Positions 48,287-57,578 of a stretch of DNA of 64,000 nt are shown here, piece by piece (positions within the stretch are counted from its first letter, which is position 1; each line of letters begins with the position of its first letter). Below the pieces are notes generated by a model. It had not been told where the DNA came from and made no database searches. It saw nothing but the letters and a program-made list of their open reading frames with translations. Made by a program: the position numbers and the translations under genes. The DNA comes from Ktedonobacteria bacterium (GTDB lineage: Bacteria; Chloroflexota; Ktedonobacteria; Ktedonobacterales; JACDGC01): NCBI GenBank assembly GCA_027459705.1, contig DAIDHM010000065.1:548-64547 (forward strand). Direction: 5' to 3'.

Positions 48287-51200
48287 ATGGAATTCCCCGA
48301 TCATGATCTCTTGCGTGGTCTGAACGACGAACAGCGCCAGGCTGTCACCACTACAGAAGGGCCGGTCCTGATTCTCGCTGGGCCTGGTTCGGGCAAGACC
48401 CGCGTCATTACACATCGCATCGCTTACTTGATTCAGGAGGTCGGCGTCAAACCCTGGCATATCTTGGCCGTCACGTTTACCAATAAAGCCGCCCGTGAGA
48501 TGCGCGACCGCCTGGAAACCCTGGTGGGCATCGCCGCTCGTGACCTGAACGTTGGCACCTTTCATAGCATCTGTGCGCGTGTCCTGCGCGGCAAAGCCGG
48601 TGAGGCTGGCCCGTATTTCATCGAAACATTGGATTTTGGCCGGACGGGTGCCTTTACCATCCTGGATGAAGATGAGCAGGCAGTGATCATCCGCCAGGCG
48701 ATCAGAGATCTCAACATCAATGAGAAGCAGTATTCGACTCGAACTATTCAAGGAGCGATCTCGCGCGCTAAAAATGATCTGCTCACGGTCCGCCAATATG
48801 AGGAACATACCAGTAAATATATCGAAGAAATTGTTGCGCGTGTCTATCGCAAATATGATGAGCGCTTGCGCGAGATGAACGCTGTTGACTTCGATGATCT
48901 GATTTTCCTGACCCATGAACTCTGGCGGCGTAACCCCGACGCGCTGGCAAAAGCGATCGCGCGTTACCAATACATCCATGTCGATGAATTTCAGGATTGC
49001 AACGCCGCGCAATATTCACTGGTCCGCATGCTCGCTGTGGGCCATCATGGCTCCGGTGGGGTCACCCTGCCAGACCATCCTGAGGGTTGGCGCAATATTT
49101 GTGTGGTCGGTGACGAAGATCAATGCCTGGTCGCGGGGACACTGGTGACCATGGCCGATGGATCGACGCGCCCCATTGAAACGGTCCGCGTGGGTGAATT
49201 GGTCCGTTCGGGGTATGGGAGTGGTGTGTTCCAGCCTGCGCGAGTCATGGCAACAGCATCGCGACCTTATCAGGGCGTCGGTATCCGCATCACGCTACAA
49301 TCCGGACAAACACTGGAGACTACGCCTGAACATCTGCATTTCGCGGGATTCCAGGACACTCAGTGGCGTACATCAGATATGTTGCGTATGGATGGCAACC
49401 TCCAACCCAGCGCATCCTCAATACCCCCCGATGCAACGGGGAGCCACTCCCCCATTGGCCCTGTGCCAATCACTCGCCACACCAATCGCGTAATGCGCGC
49501 TGATTCTCACCGCGCACCCATAAAGTATGTATCACGCCTGGGAGTGGATCATTCGCCACATATCATCATCACCCTGTGTGGTGTTCGCCGGGGAACGGAA
49601 CCCATGCATCGCCTGACGCTCGTCGGAAGCGATCCGGATGCGCGTGAGACATTGCTCGCGCTGGGGGTGCCGGTGCGAAGTATACGGCGCAAACAAGCAG
49701 AGTGGCATGTGGAGGTCGCCATGCCGGATCTCGGGCAGATCCAGTCCTTCGCGCAGCGCATGCGACAAGCGGTTGGTGCCTCGGTCATGCAGGTCGCGCG
49801 GCTCGGGCGCGCGTCGTCCACGGTGGGCACGCTGCCCTGCATACCAGCGGCCGCCGTTCGTCCCGGCATGGTCATGTTCGACGCGCATGGTGAAAGGGCG
49901 ATCGTGGCAAGGGTCACGCCCATCCAGATCAGCGGGCAGGTATACGACCTGAACGTGCAGCATACGCATAATTTTATAGCCAATGGAATCGCGACGCACA
50001 ACTCGATCTACAGCTGGCGCGGAGCCAGCATCGAGAATATCATCAGCTTCGAGCGCGAGTTTCCGGAGCGGACCCGCATCATTCTCGGCCGTAACTACCG
50101 TTCGACGCAGACCATTCTGGACGCCGCGATGGAGGTCGTACGCAAGAACCCCGGCCGAATTGATAAAGATCTGTATACGGAACACGGGTCCGGTGAACGG
50201 ATCAGCATTCGCGAGGCGTACAACGAAGAAGACGAAGGGCGCATCGTCGTTGATACCATTCGCACCCTGGTGGCGCGCGGTGTGGTCAAATTGAAAGACT
50301 GCGCGGTGATGTATCGCACCAATGCGCAATCACGCGCGATTGAAGAGCAATTCCTGCGCGCTGGCGTGCCCTATGTGGTCATCGGATCGCGTAAATTCTA
50401 TGAGCGCAAAGAGATCCGTGATGTCATCGCCTATCTGCGCATCTTACAGAATCCCTTCGATGCACCAGCACTCCGCCGCATCATCAATGTACCGTCACGA
50501 AAAATTGGCGATGCTACCGTGCAACTGCTCATCACCTTCGCCAATGGGCGTGGCCTCAGCCCCGAGGATGCGATCGCCGTGATTGATGAGCACCCGACGT
50601 TGGCGACCCAGCCGAAAGCCGCGCTGGGCCGTTTTCTTGCGGTCCTGCGCGATCTGCGCGCCGATCAAGCCACCCTGGCATTGGACCACCTGATTGATCG
50701 CATTCTGGAACGGACCGGGTATGCCAGCGAGGTGCGCGATGGCACTGAAGAGGGTGATGAGCGCTGGCGCAATATCCTGGAACTGCGCCGCGTCGCCGAA
50801 GACTATCGCGAGATCGAACCGGCTGCCGCGTTACCCCTCTTTTTGGAGCAGATCGCGTTGATTGGGGGGGCCGACACAACCCAGTCCGCTAGCGATGACC
50901 CAGAATTAGTGCGCGAAGATCGCGACGCCGTCACATTGATTACCTTACATGCCGCCAAGGGACTAGAGTTTCCGGTCGTCTTTCTGGTAGGTATGGAGGA
51001 AGGGATCTTGCCACACAGCCGTTCAATGGAATCTTTGCAACAACTGGAAGAAGAGCGGCGGTTGACCTATGTGGGCATCACGCGCGCGATGCGGCAACTC
51101 TTTCTGATCTACGCACACCGCCGCTCGTACTATGGTGGAGATTCGATGTTGCAAGCGCCCTCGCGATTCCTGGGCGACATCCCATCACGATTGCTGGAAG

Positions 51201-51643
51201 AGGATGGGGAAAACCGCCCCGACAAAGCCAAATCACGAGCGCGGCCCACCAGTGGCGCACAGCCAGGAGGCGTGAGCAATGGAACGAGTGCACAGTGGTC
51301 CCCGCCGCGCCTCCCCACCACTGGCAACGGCACCGGGCCAGCGCCGTTCGTGCCGCGCGACCAGCGCCATCCTGGCCCTATCCCCACCCTCCCACCTACG
51401 GGGAGCGGCCTGACATCGCCTCGTGGGTCTAACGGGACCCCGCCGCCGCCTCCATCCGCGCCCGATACTACTCGCACTCCCAAACCCGGCGAGATCGTTC
51501 GGCATCGCATCTATGGCAAAGGCGTCGTCAAAAAGGTCATTGCCGAGCGTGATACGACGAGTGTTGAGGTCCTCTTCGAGCGCACTGGCGTTGGCACCAA
51601 GCTCCTGGATCTGGCTTTCGCCAATCTAGAGGTGCTGGATTAG
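48287..51643 (+). CDS. pcrA: ATP-dependent DNA helicase PcrA/UvrD, intein-containing, with Pro-rich linker and C-terminal Tudor-like domain
   Basis: LNDEQRQAV, Walker A AGPGSGKTRV, motif II HVDEFQDCN, motif III split by the intein, later motifs (VTLITLHAAKGLEFPVVFLVGMEEG, RRLTYVGITRA). The C-terminal GEIVRHRIYGKGVVKKV...VEVLF resembles the PcrA/UvrD C-terminal Tudor fold. Confidence 0.93.
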   Translation: MEFPDHDLLRGLNDEQRQAVTTTEGPVLILAGPGSGKTRVITHRIAYLIQEVGVKPWHILAVTFTNKAAREMRDRLETLVGIAARDLNVGTFHSICARVLRGKAGEAGPYFIETLDFGRTGAFTILDEDEQAVIIRQAIRDLNINEKQYSTRTIQGAISRAKNDLLTVRQYEEHTSKYIEEIVARVYRKYDERLREMNAVDFDDLIFLTHELWRRNPDALAKAIARYQYIHVDEFQDCNAAQYSLVRMLAVGHHGSGGVTLPDHPEGWRNICVVGDEDQCLVAGTLVTMADGSTRPIETVRVGELVRSGYGSGVFQPARVMATASRPYQGVGIRITLQSGQTLETTPEHLHFAGFQDTQWRTSDMLRMDGNLQPSASSIPPDATGSHSPIGPVPITRHTNRVMRADSHRAPIKYVSRLGVDHSPHIIITLCGVRRGTEPMHRLTLVGSDPDARETLLALGVPVRSIRRKQAEWHVEVAMPDLGQIQSFAQRMRQAVGASVMQVARLGRASSTVGTLPCIPAAAVRPGMVMFDAHGERAIVARVTPIQISGQVYDLNVQHTHNFIANGIATHNSIYSWRGASIENIISFEREFPERTRIILGRNYRSTQTILDAAMEVVRKNPGRIDKDLYTEHGSGERISIREAYNEEDEGRIVVDTIRTLVARGVVKLKDCAVMYRTNAQSRAIEEQFLRAGVPYVVIGSRKFYERKEIRDVIAYLRILQNPFDAPALRRIINVPSRKIGDATVQLLITFANGRGLSPEDAIAVIDEHPTLATQPKAALGRFLAVLRDLRADQATLALDHLIDRILERTGYASEVRDGTEEGDERWRNILELRRVAEDYREIEPAAALPLFLEQIALIGGADTTQSASDDPELVREDRDAVTLITLHAAKGLEFPVVFLVGMEEGILPHSRSMESLQQLEEERRLTYVGITRAMRQLFLIYAHRRSYYGGDSMLQAPSRFLGDIPSRLLEEDGENRPDKAKSRARPTSGAQPGGVSNGTSAQWSPPRLPTTGNGTGPAPFVPRDQRHPGPIPTLPPTGSGLTSPRGSNGTPPPPPSAPDTTRTPKPGEIVRHRIYGKGVVKKVIAERDTTSVEVLFERTGVGTKLLDLAFANLEVLD
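49124..50002 (+). mobile_element. Intein (293 aa) inserted in helicase motif III of PcrA/UvrD
   Basis: VVGDEDQ|CLVAGTLVTMADGS...TTPEHLHF...VYDLNVQHTHNFIANGIATHN|SIYSWRGA. It has Cys1, block B TxxH, a terminal His-Asn and a +1 Ser. Excision restores VGDEDQSIYSWRGA. Confidence 0.9.
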
Positions 51644-51680
51644 GACTATGAACCAGGCAGCATTGGCGTCCTGGTCAATG

Positions 51681-51950
51681 CTAGCCGCCAGAGACCGCGG
51701 TAAGAATGCGCACCACACTGTGGGGCTGCACGATGTGGTCGAGCGTCGCTTGCTGACCATCCACAAAGATACGGATATGCTCGCGGATCAGGGTGGGTGA
51801 ACCCCTGAGACGTAGCGCGACACCGGGCCAGCGCGCCTCCATCGAGTCGATGAAGGCGTGTAAGGTGCACGCCTCCATCGAGACCTCGGCCTGTCGTGGC
51901 AGGGAAGGAATGAGCACGGTGAGCGCTGGTGGAAAAGCGACACGAGCCAT
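51681..51950 (-). CDS. MoaD/ThiS-family ubiquitin-like protein with C-terminal Gly-Gly
   Basis: 89 aa from ATG 51950, which lies 1 nt after the stop of the upstream gene. It ends ...VVRILTAVSGG followed by the stop. Beta-grasp-like pattern (IRIFVDGQ). The longer 147-aa ORF would overlap the upstream gene. Confidence 0.75.
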   Translation of the reverse strand: MARVAFPPALTVLIPSLPRQAEVSMEACTLHAFIDSMEARWPGVALRLRGSPTLIREHIRIFVDGQQATLDHIVQPHSVVRILTAVSGG

Positions 51951-51951
51951 C

Positions 51952-53025
51952 TCATCCCTCCAGGACGACGGTCTCAACCGACCAGATCGCTGGCAAATTT
52001 GCCGCCAGGACCTGCCAGTTGTCGCCCTCATTCGCGCTGCCATAGAGTTGGCCATTCGAGGTGCCGAAGTAAATACCTGCTTGGTCCAGTGTATCGACCG
52101 CCATCGCCTCGCGCAAGACACCAATGTAGGCGTCCTTGGCGGGCAGACCTGCGGTCAGCGGAGTCCATGAATCACCGCGATCGCGGCTACGCCAGACCAC
52201 CATCGTCGCGTTGGGCACATAACGCCCCTGCTCTGCGCCATTCAGAGGAATGGTATAGAGCGTATTGGGATCATGTGGATGGAGGGCGAGCGGAAAACCA
52301 AAATCGGATGGCAGTCCCTCGGTGATCTCTTCCCACTGCATGCCGCCATCAGCGCTACGATAGACTCCGCAATGGTTCTGCTGATATAACTGCGCGCCAT
52401 CGGCCGCCTGTAGCAACTTGTGGACACACTGCCCAACTTCTGGGTAGCGATCGGGCATAAACTCAGCGCGGACGCCGCGATTGCGCGGCTCCCAGGTCGC
52501 CCCGCCGTCTGTAGTCGCGAAGGTTCCCGCCGAAGAGATCGCGATCCACATACGCGCCGGATCGGTTGGATCAGTCGCAATAGAATGTAATATGAGGCCG
52601 CCAGCGCCTGGCACCCAGTGCGGGCTGGATGGGTGCGCGCGCAACCCCGCGACGTGCGACCAGGTCACTCCCCCATCATCGCTACGAAAGAGACCTGCGG
52701 GGTCGACACCAGCATAGACAGCACCGTGCGCCGCAGCGAGATGCCAGACCGTCTTGATCTCTGGCCCTTCGGCCCCATAGCTGAACCCTTCGCCGGATTG
52801 TGACCACGTCATCCCCAAATCTTTACTGCGCCAGACAGCCGGCCCGAACCAGGCATTGCCACCACCTGCGAGGAGAGCGCCATTGGCGCGATCATAGACC
52901 ATGTGGTGGATAGGCCAGGTCGCGCAATACGGACCGCGGAGTTCCCATGACGTACGTGCCGCATCGCTCTCCAGGATGAATGAGCCGCTCTTCGTGCCAA
53001 CCAGGACCAGAACGCGTACTGCCAT
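51952..53025 (-). CDS. Cytoplasmic BNR/Asp-box repeat beta-propeller protein (sialidase-fold, function unknown)
   Basis: No signal peptide. Six Asp-box-like motifs: SKDLGMTWS, SDDGGVTWS, TTDGGATWE, SADGGMQWE, SRDRGDSWT, SANEGDNWQ. Confidence 0.8.
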   Translation of the reverse strand: MAVRVLVLVGTKSGSFILESDAARTSWELRGPYCATWPIHHMVYDRANGALLAGGGNAWFGPAVWRSKDLGMTWSQSGEGFSYGAEGPEIKTVWHLAAAHGAVYAGVDPAGLFRSDDGGVTWSHVAGLRAHPSSPHWVPGAGGLILHSIATDPTDPARMWIAISSAGTFATTDGGATWEPRNRGVRAEFMPDRYPEVGQCVHKLLQAADGAQLYQQNHCGVYRSADGGMQWEEITEGLPSDFGFPLALHPHDPNTLYTIPLNGAEQGRYVPNATMVVWRSRDRGDSWTPLTAGLPAKDAYIGVLREAMAVDTLDQAGIYFGTSNGQLYGSANEGDNWQVLAANLPAIWSVETVVLEG

Positions 53026-53214
53026 TGCTGTGCCGCCTTTCTCACTCTGCGCTTCCCCGCTGATAGGAGATGAGCTTTCCGTTGATCATCAACTATTCGC
53101 GAGAATTGTGCCCATACTCTAGGACAAATGTACTCTTCTTCGTATAGGACACAGGATTGGAGATCGGGCTATAATACTATCAATTCGAGACGGGGCAGAG
53201 GGGAGAGCAAAATC

Positions 53215-54024
53215 ATGTTGCTACGCTCGGTCGAAGTGCGGATGCCACCGGTGGCGATCCGCGATCGCTATCCCTTCACTGTACCGACCATCGCCGCGTT
53301 GCTGGGGCGGACGATCCCTTTCACAACGCCGATCACCTTCCTGGTGGGCGAGAATGGTTCAGGCAAATCGACCTTGCTGGAGGCCATGGCACTGGCAATT
53401 GGGTCGATTGCGCTGGGTCGGGATGATGGGGATCGGGATCGATCGTTGGTGGATACGCAACCATTGGCGGACCAGTTGCGTCTCGTCTGGAATCACAAGA
53501 CGAAGCGCGGCTTCTTTCTGCGCGCCGAAGATTTCTTTGGCTATGCGCAGCGCCTGAGCCTCATACGCGAAGAGTATCTGGCGGAGCTCAAGAAATTAGA
53601 CGAAGACACGACGCTGAGTAAGCGATCCCGCGACTACGCCAAGATGCCCTATGGCGCTGGGCTGGCTGACCTCCAACGGCTCTATGGACCAGGCCTGGAG
53701 CGCGTCTCGCACGGGGAAAGCTTTTTGCGCCTGATGCGATCGCGCATCAACGGACCCGGGCTGTACCTCTGTGACGAGCCCGAAGCGCCGCTCTCGCCGA
53801 TGCGACAACTGGCGCTCCTGACGCTGATTGAAGACGCGGCGCGCGAACACGGCGCGCAGTTCCTTATCGCCACCCATTCGCCCATTGTACTGGCGACACG
53901 CGGCGCGACCATCCTGGAATGTACTTCCAGTGGGTTGCGCGTGGTCGCCTATGGCGACCTCGAACATGTGCGCTTCACCCGTGATTTTTTACAGGCTCCA
54001 GACCAATTTCTCCAACATATCTGA
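53215..54024 (+). CDS. Stand-alone ABC-like AAA ATPase (COG3910-like predicted ATPase)
   Basis: Walker A GENGSGKSTLLEA, SHGESFL, Walker B LYLCDEPEAPLSP, H-loop ATHSP. The ORF opens at 53128. ATG 53215 is preferred on N-terminal length. Confidence 0.8.
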   Translation: MLLRSVEVRMPPVAIRDRYPFTVPTIAALLGRTIPFTTPITFLVGENGSGKSTLLEAMALAIGSIALGRDDGDRDRSLVDTQPLADQLRLVWNHKTKRGFFLRAEDFFGYAQRLSLIREEYLAELKKLDEDTTLSKRSRDYAKMPYGAGLADLQRLYGPGLERVSHGESFLRLMRSRINGPGLYLCDEPEAPLSPMRQLALLTLIEDAAREHGAQFLIATHSPIVLATRGATILECTSSGLRVVAYGDLEHVRFTRDFLQAPDQFLQHI

Positions 54025-54049
54025 AGTAGTTTATTCAGGAGGCCATTTC

Positions 54050-54397
54050 ATGTCTTCGCCAATCACCGAGAGTGGATCCCCTGCGGAAGATACCGCGTAT
54101 GCTACGGCACTCATCGATCAAGAGCGAAAGGATGCGCAGGCTGGATTGATCACCCTCGCCATCTTCTTCGGGTTGGGGACGATCGGGTCCATCATCATCG
54201 AGTTTTTCGTCGTGCGTGGACGCAGTCCAGCCGCGATTCCGCTGGGCATCTTGCTCCTGCTCATCGTTTTGAGCATCGGTCGGCGGGTCTGGCGTATCGC
54301 GCGGGCGATCTTCACCATGCGCCAGGCCTGGTCGGCAGGGAAATTAGCCGATGGTCGCGATGCGCTGGCCGTGGCCCGCGGTAACCGCCATGCCTGA
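54050..54397 (+). CDS. Small two-TM membrane protein, hypothetical
   Basis: ATG 54050 with a CAGGAGG RBS, 25 nt after the ATPase stop. TMs GLITLAIFFGLGTIGSIIIEFFVV and IPLGILLLLIVLSIG. Confidence 0.6.
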   Translation: MSSPITESGSPAEDTAYATALIDQERKDAQAGLITLAIFFGLGTIGSIIIEFFVVRGRSPAAIPLGILLLLIVLSIGRRVWRIARAIFTMRQAWSAGKLADGRDALAVARGNRHA

Positions 54398-54522
54398 AGA
54401 GCCACCGATGCGTCAGGCGTGGTCCTCACGCTCGACCATTGCGCCCGGCGACACGTACGAGGTACAGTGAGCATGCATCGTCACCATGCGCGCAAAATTC
54501 AACACAATGAGGTCCGTTCACC

Positions 54523-55812
54523 ATGCAGGATATCATCCCATCGATCGCGCCAGATCTCAGCGAAGCGCGGGAGCATTTTCCCGCCCTCAGCCAGGAGCAC
54601 CTGGGAAAACCAGTCGTCTTCTTCGATAACCCCGGAGGCACACAGGTCGCCAAACAGGTGATTGATGCCACCCTGGAGTATTATCTCTTCGCGAACGCCA
54701 ACACCCACGGAGCTTTCGCCACCAGCCAGCGCACCGACCTGATCATCCATGAGGCTCGCCTGGCAATGGCGGATATGCTGAATTGCGCGCCAGGTGAGAT
54801 AGTCTTTGGCGCCAACATGACCTCACTTACCTTCGCTCTCAGCCGAGCGTTAGGGCGCACGTTCCAGCCAGGCGATGAGATCGTGACCACCACCCTGGAC
54901 CATGATGCCAACATTGCCCCGTGGCGCGCGATTGCCCGCGACCGGGGGTTGGTCATACGTCAGGTGGATATCGATCCCGCAACGTGTACGTTGCACATGG
55001 AAGATCTGCGATCAAAAATCACCGCGCGCACGAAACTCGTCGCGGTCGGCTATGCGTCGAATGCGGTCGGGACGATCAACGATGTCGCGACGATTGTCCA
55101 GCTGGCCCATGCCGCTGGCGCGCTCTGCTGGATTGATGCTGTGCAATATGCGCCGCATGGGCCGATTGATGTCCAGTCGTTGGACTGTGATTTTTTGGTC
55201 TGCTCTGCCTACAAATTTTTTGGACCGCATCTGGGCATCCTCTATGGCAAGCAATCACTGCTCGATGCGCTGGCTCCCTATAAAGTACGGCCATCCAGCG
55301 ACGAGACACCGGATAAATTCGAGACGGGGACGCAGGCGCATGAGTTGTTGGCCGGGTTGTTAGGCGCTGTGGATTATCTGGCCCAGGTGGGCAATCGCTA
55401 CGCTGAGGCGCTCCCAGAGGTTGGTGCAGCCTACAGTGGACGCCGCCGGACGCTCAAGATAGCCATGGGCGCGATCCTGGCGTACGAACGGTCGCTCTCG
55501 GCGTACCTGCTGCCCTCGCTCGCCACACTGCCGGGTGTGACCATCTACGGACTCACGCGTCCCCAGGATGTCCGATTGCGGGTGCCTACCGTCGCGCTGA
55601 CCATGCGCGGCCATACCCCACGCCAATTGGCTGAGGCCCTGGCCGCGGCGGGCATCAACGCCTGGGATGGGAATTACTACGCGATCGAGTTGATGGATCG
55701 CCTGGGATTAGAGGCACAGGGCGGCGCATTGCGCTTAGGTCTGGCGCATTACAACACCACTGAAGAGATCGACCGTTGCGTTGCCGTGCTGCGTGAGGTG
55801 GGGCGTGCATGA
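54523..55812 (+). CDS. Class-V aminotransferase, cysteine desulfurase-like family protein
   Basis: FPALSQ...VVFFDNPGGTQVAKQVIDA at the N-terminus, CSAYKFFGPHLG (PLP-Lys region), HYNTTEEIDR at the C-terminus. It resembles the VC1184-type cysteine desulfurase family subgroup. Confidence 0.82.
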   Translation: MQDIIPSIAPDLSEAREHFPALSQEHLGKPVVFFDNPGGTQVAKQVIDATLEYYLFANANTHGAFATSQRTDLIIHEARLAMADMLNCAPGEIVFGANMTSLTFALSRALGRTFQPGDEIVTTTLDHDANIAPWRAIARDRGLVIRQVDIDPATCTLHMEDLRSKITARTKLVAVGYASNAVGTINDVATIVQLAHAAGALCWIDAVQYAPHGPIDVQSLDCDFLVCSAYKFFGPHLGILYGKQSLLDALAPYKVRPSSDETPDKFETGTQAHELLAGLLGAVDYLAQVGNRYAEALPEVGAAYSGRRRTLKIAMGAILAYERSLSAYLLPSLATLPGVTIYGLTRPQDVRLRVPTVALTMRGHTPRQLAEALAAAGINAWDGNYYAIELMDRLGLEAQGGALRLGLAHYNTTEEIDRCVAVLREVGRA

Positions 55813-55825
55813 CGTTATCCTTGCG

Positions 55826-56185
55826 ATGCACCTGCTGACCTATTATCAGGTACTCGTGACAGGACTGGTCGCGACCGTCTGGGGCATGTATCTGATCCTA
55901 CGGGGATCGGGCATATCCCCAGGATTTCGCTCCGCGGTCTTTTTGATCGGTGGGACTGGTCTGGTGCAGGGTCTCTGGGGAAGCATCCTCTTCCTCTCCG
56001 GGTCGCGACCAAACGACATCCTGCATCTTGTCTATGGCTTGATTGCGATCATCGGCATCCCGGTCGCCTTTACCTACGCGAGCGAGGAGGAGAATCGCCG
56101 CGACGTCGGTGTCCTGACGTTTGCTGCTTTCGCGATTTTTGCCGCTGCCCTGCGAGCCTATGCGACCGGGGTGACGGTGCAATGA
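55826..56185 (+). CDS. Small 4-TM membrane protein, hypothetical
   Basis: Hydrophobic ORF directly after the aminotransferase gene. Start is ATG 55826, or 55781 with overlap. Confidence 0.55.
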   Translation: MHLLTYYQVLVTGLVATVWGMYLILRGSGISPGFRSAVFLIGGTGLVQGLWGSILFLSGSRPNDILHLVYGLIAIIGIPVAFTYASEEENRRDVGVLTFAAFAIFAAALRAYATGVTVQ

Positions 56186-56276
56186 AGCCCGCAGGCCCGT
56201 CCTCTTGTCTGTCGGACGTGGCATGGCTATAATACTCGACAGCGGCAATGCATCAGTCAGCGATGAGGTGAGCGAT

Positions 56277-57545
56277 ATGCAAGCGAGAGGTGCCTTTGCA
56301 GGCGACTTGAAAGATTTTCATCTCGTCGAACTCATTCAGGTGATGGCGCTTGAGGGGCGATCTGGCGCGCTGGAACTGACCGTAGGGAACACCCTCAAAG
56401 GGCGGATCTACTTTGAACAGGGCGCGTTAGATTGGTGCCAGGATCTGGATCAAGGAGCATTGACGCTGGGGATGATCCTGCAACAACTCGGTTTGGTGAC
56501 CAAAGAAGCTATTGAACAGGTCGTCGCATCGAGTACGCACGACCCCTTTGGCGGACTGTTGGGCGAGCAGCTCGTGCAGTATGGCAAGCTTTCCGATCTG
56601 CAACTCAAAGAAGCGCTCAAAATTCAGCAGCTCTGGACGATGCGCGATCTCTCCCTCCTCGAACAGGGTCGGTACTCGTTAGATACGCATGCCCGCTCGC
56701 CCGTCCGCGCATCCGGGAGCCTGGTCCAGATCCCACCGCTGGATGCAACGACGGTGAATTTGGAGATTGTGCGCTATCAATATGCGTGGAATGATCTGAT
56801 CAATTGGTTACCGAACGGCATGCGCACTGAGCTGCATATGGTGGAAATGCCACCCGAACATTACGCACTGGAATTTCCCCCGCAGGTCTGGCGCGTCATT
56901 AGCCACGTCAACGCCTGCCATACTCCGCGCATCATTGCCAACACCCTGCATCAGCAGGAGATGGATGTGGCTCGCCTCCTGGGGACCCTGGTGAAAGACG
57001 GACTGCTGATCGTCGTCAGCTCGCCATTGCCGGAGGAGCCGATGCTCCGTCCATCCCACACGGCGACTCCTCCAGCACCGATCGATCTCTTTACGCTGAT
57101 CGCGCGTATCCACCAGGAATGGGTCAATCGCCGTACCGCCCTCGAAGAACTGTTGGCACTCGGCACCTTTGTCAATTGGATGATGCTCGAATTAGAGCAA
57201 TCCTGGCGGCAGCAACGGCTGCAGATAGCGCCAGACGCGCTCTTCCACTTGCTCGATCGCGAACATTGTCTCTCCATTGGTGCTACACGTATCCGTGTCG
57301 TCAGCAATCGCATCGACACGGACGATCTCGCGACCCAGATCCGCAAGGAATATCAACGAGCACTGGGCGAGAAGCGGTTAAATGACTTCAAAGCCAGCAT
57401 CTTCAAACAATTTCAGCGTGCGCTCACGGCGATGTTGCTCTCCATCATGCGGCATAATAAGAGTGCCCCCCAGCAAAATGCCCAGGACGAACAGACCTGG
57501 AACGACATGTTCGACGAAATGTTCCACCTATTGATGACACGCTAA
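56277..57545 (+). CDS. DUF4388 (PATAN-associated) domain protein with GspE-N-like helical repeat region
   Basis: GDLKDFHLVELIQVMALEGRSGALELTVGN..KGRIYFEQGAL is the DUF4388 pattern. It is followed by LGLVTKEAIEQVV / LVQYGKLSDLQLKEALKIQ (T2SSE_N-like). ATG 56277 has a GAGGTGA RBS, whereas the ORF opens at TTG 56205. Confidence 0.75.
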   Translation: MQARGAFAGDLKDFHLVELIQVMALEGRSGALELTVGNTLKGRIYFEQGALDWCQDLDQGALTLGMILQQLGLVTKEAIEQVVASSTHDPFGGLLGEQLVQYGKLSDLQLKEALKIQQLWTMRDLSLLEQGRYSLDTHARSPVRASGSLVQIPPLDATTVNLEIVRYQYAWNDLINWLPNGMRTELHMVEMPPEHYALEFPPQVWRVISHVNACHTPRIIANTLHQQEMDVARLLGTLVKDGLLIVVSSPLPEEPMLRPSHTATPPAPIDLFTLIARIHQEWVNRRTALEELLALGTFVNWMMLELEQSWRQQRLQIAPDALFHLLDREHCLSIGATRIRVVSNRIDTDDLATQIRKEYQRALGEKRLNDFKASIFKQFQRALTAMLLSIMRHNKSAPQQNAQDEQTWNDMFDEMFHLLMTR

Positions 57546-57578
57546 CGGACATTCCCCCCCGCACTCGGAGGTGACACG

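Noticed and set aside
48287-51643. UvrD-like helicase as part of a defence system (Gabija, Hachiman or other helicase-based systems).
   Set aside because: The architecture is that of housekeeping PcrA/UvrD, with the full SF1 motif set and a C-terminal Tudor-like domain. It has no nuclease or ATPase partner gene. Its flanks are an ABC-2 exporter and unrelated genes.
51951-52124. The full 147-aa version of the MoaD-like ORF (51681-52124).
   Set aside because: Its first 58 codons overlap the 3' end of the BNR-propeller gene in another frame and are Arg/Trp-rich. ATG 51950, directly after the upstream stop, gives a typical ~89-aa beta-grasp protein.
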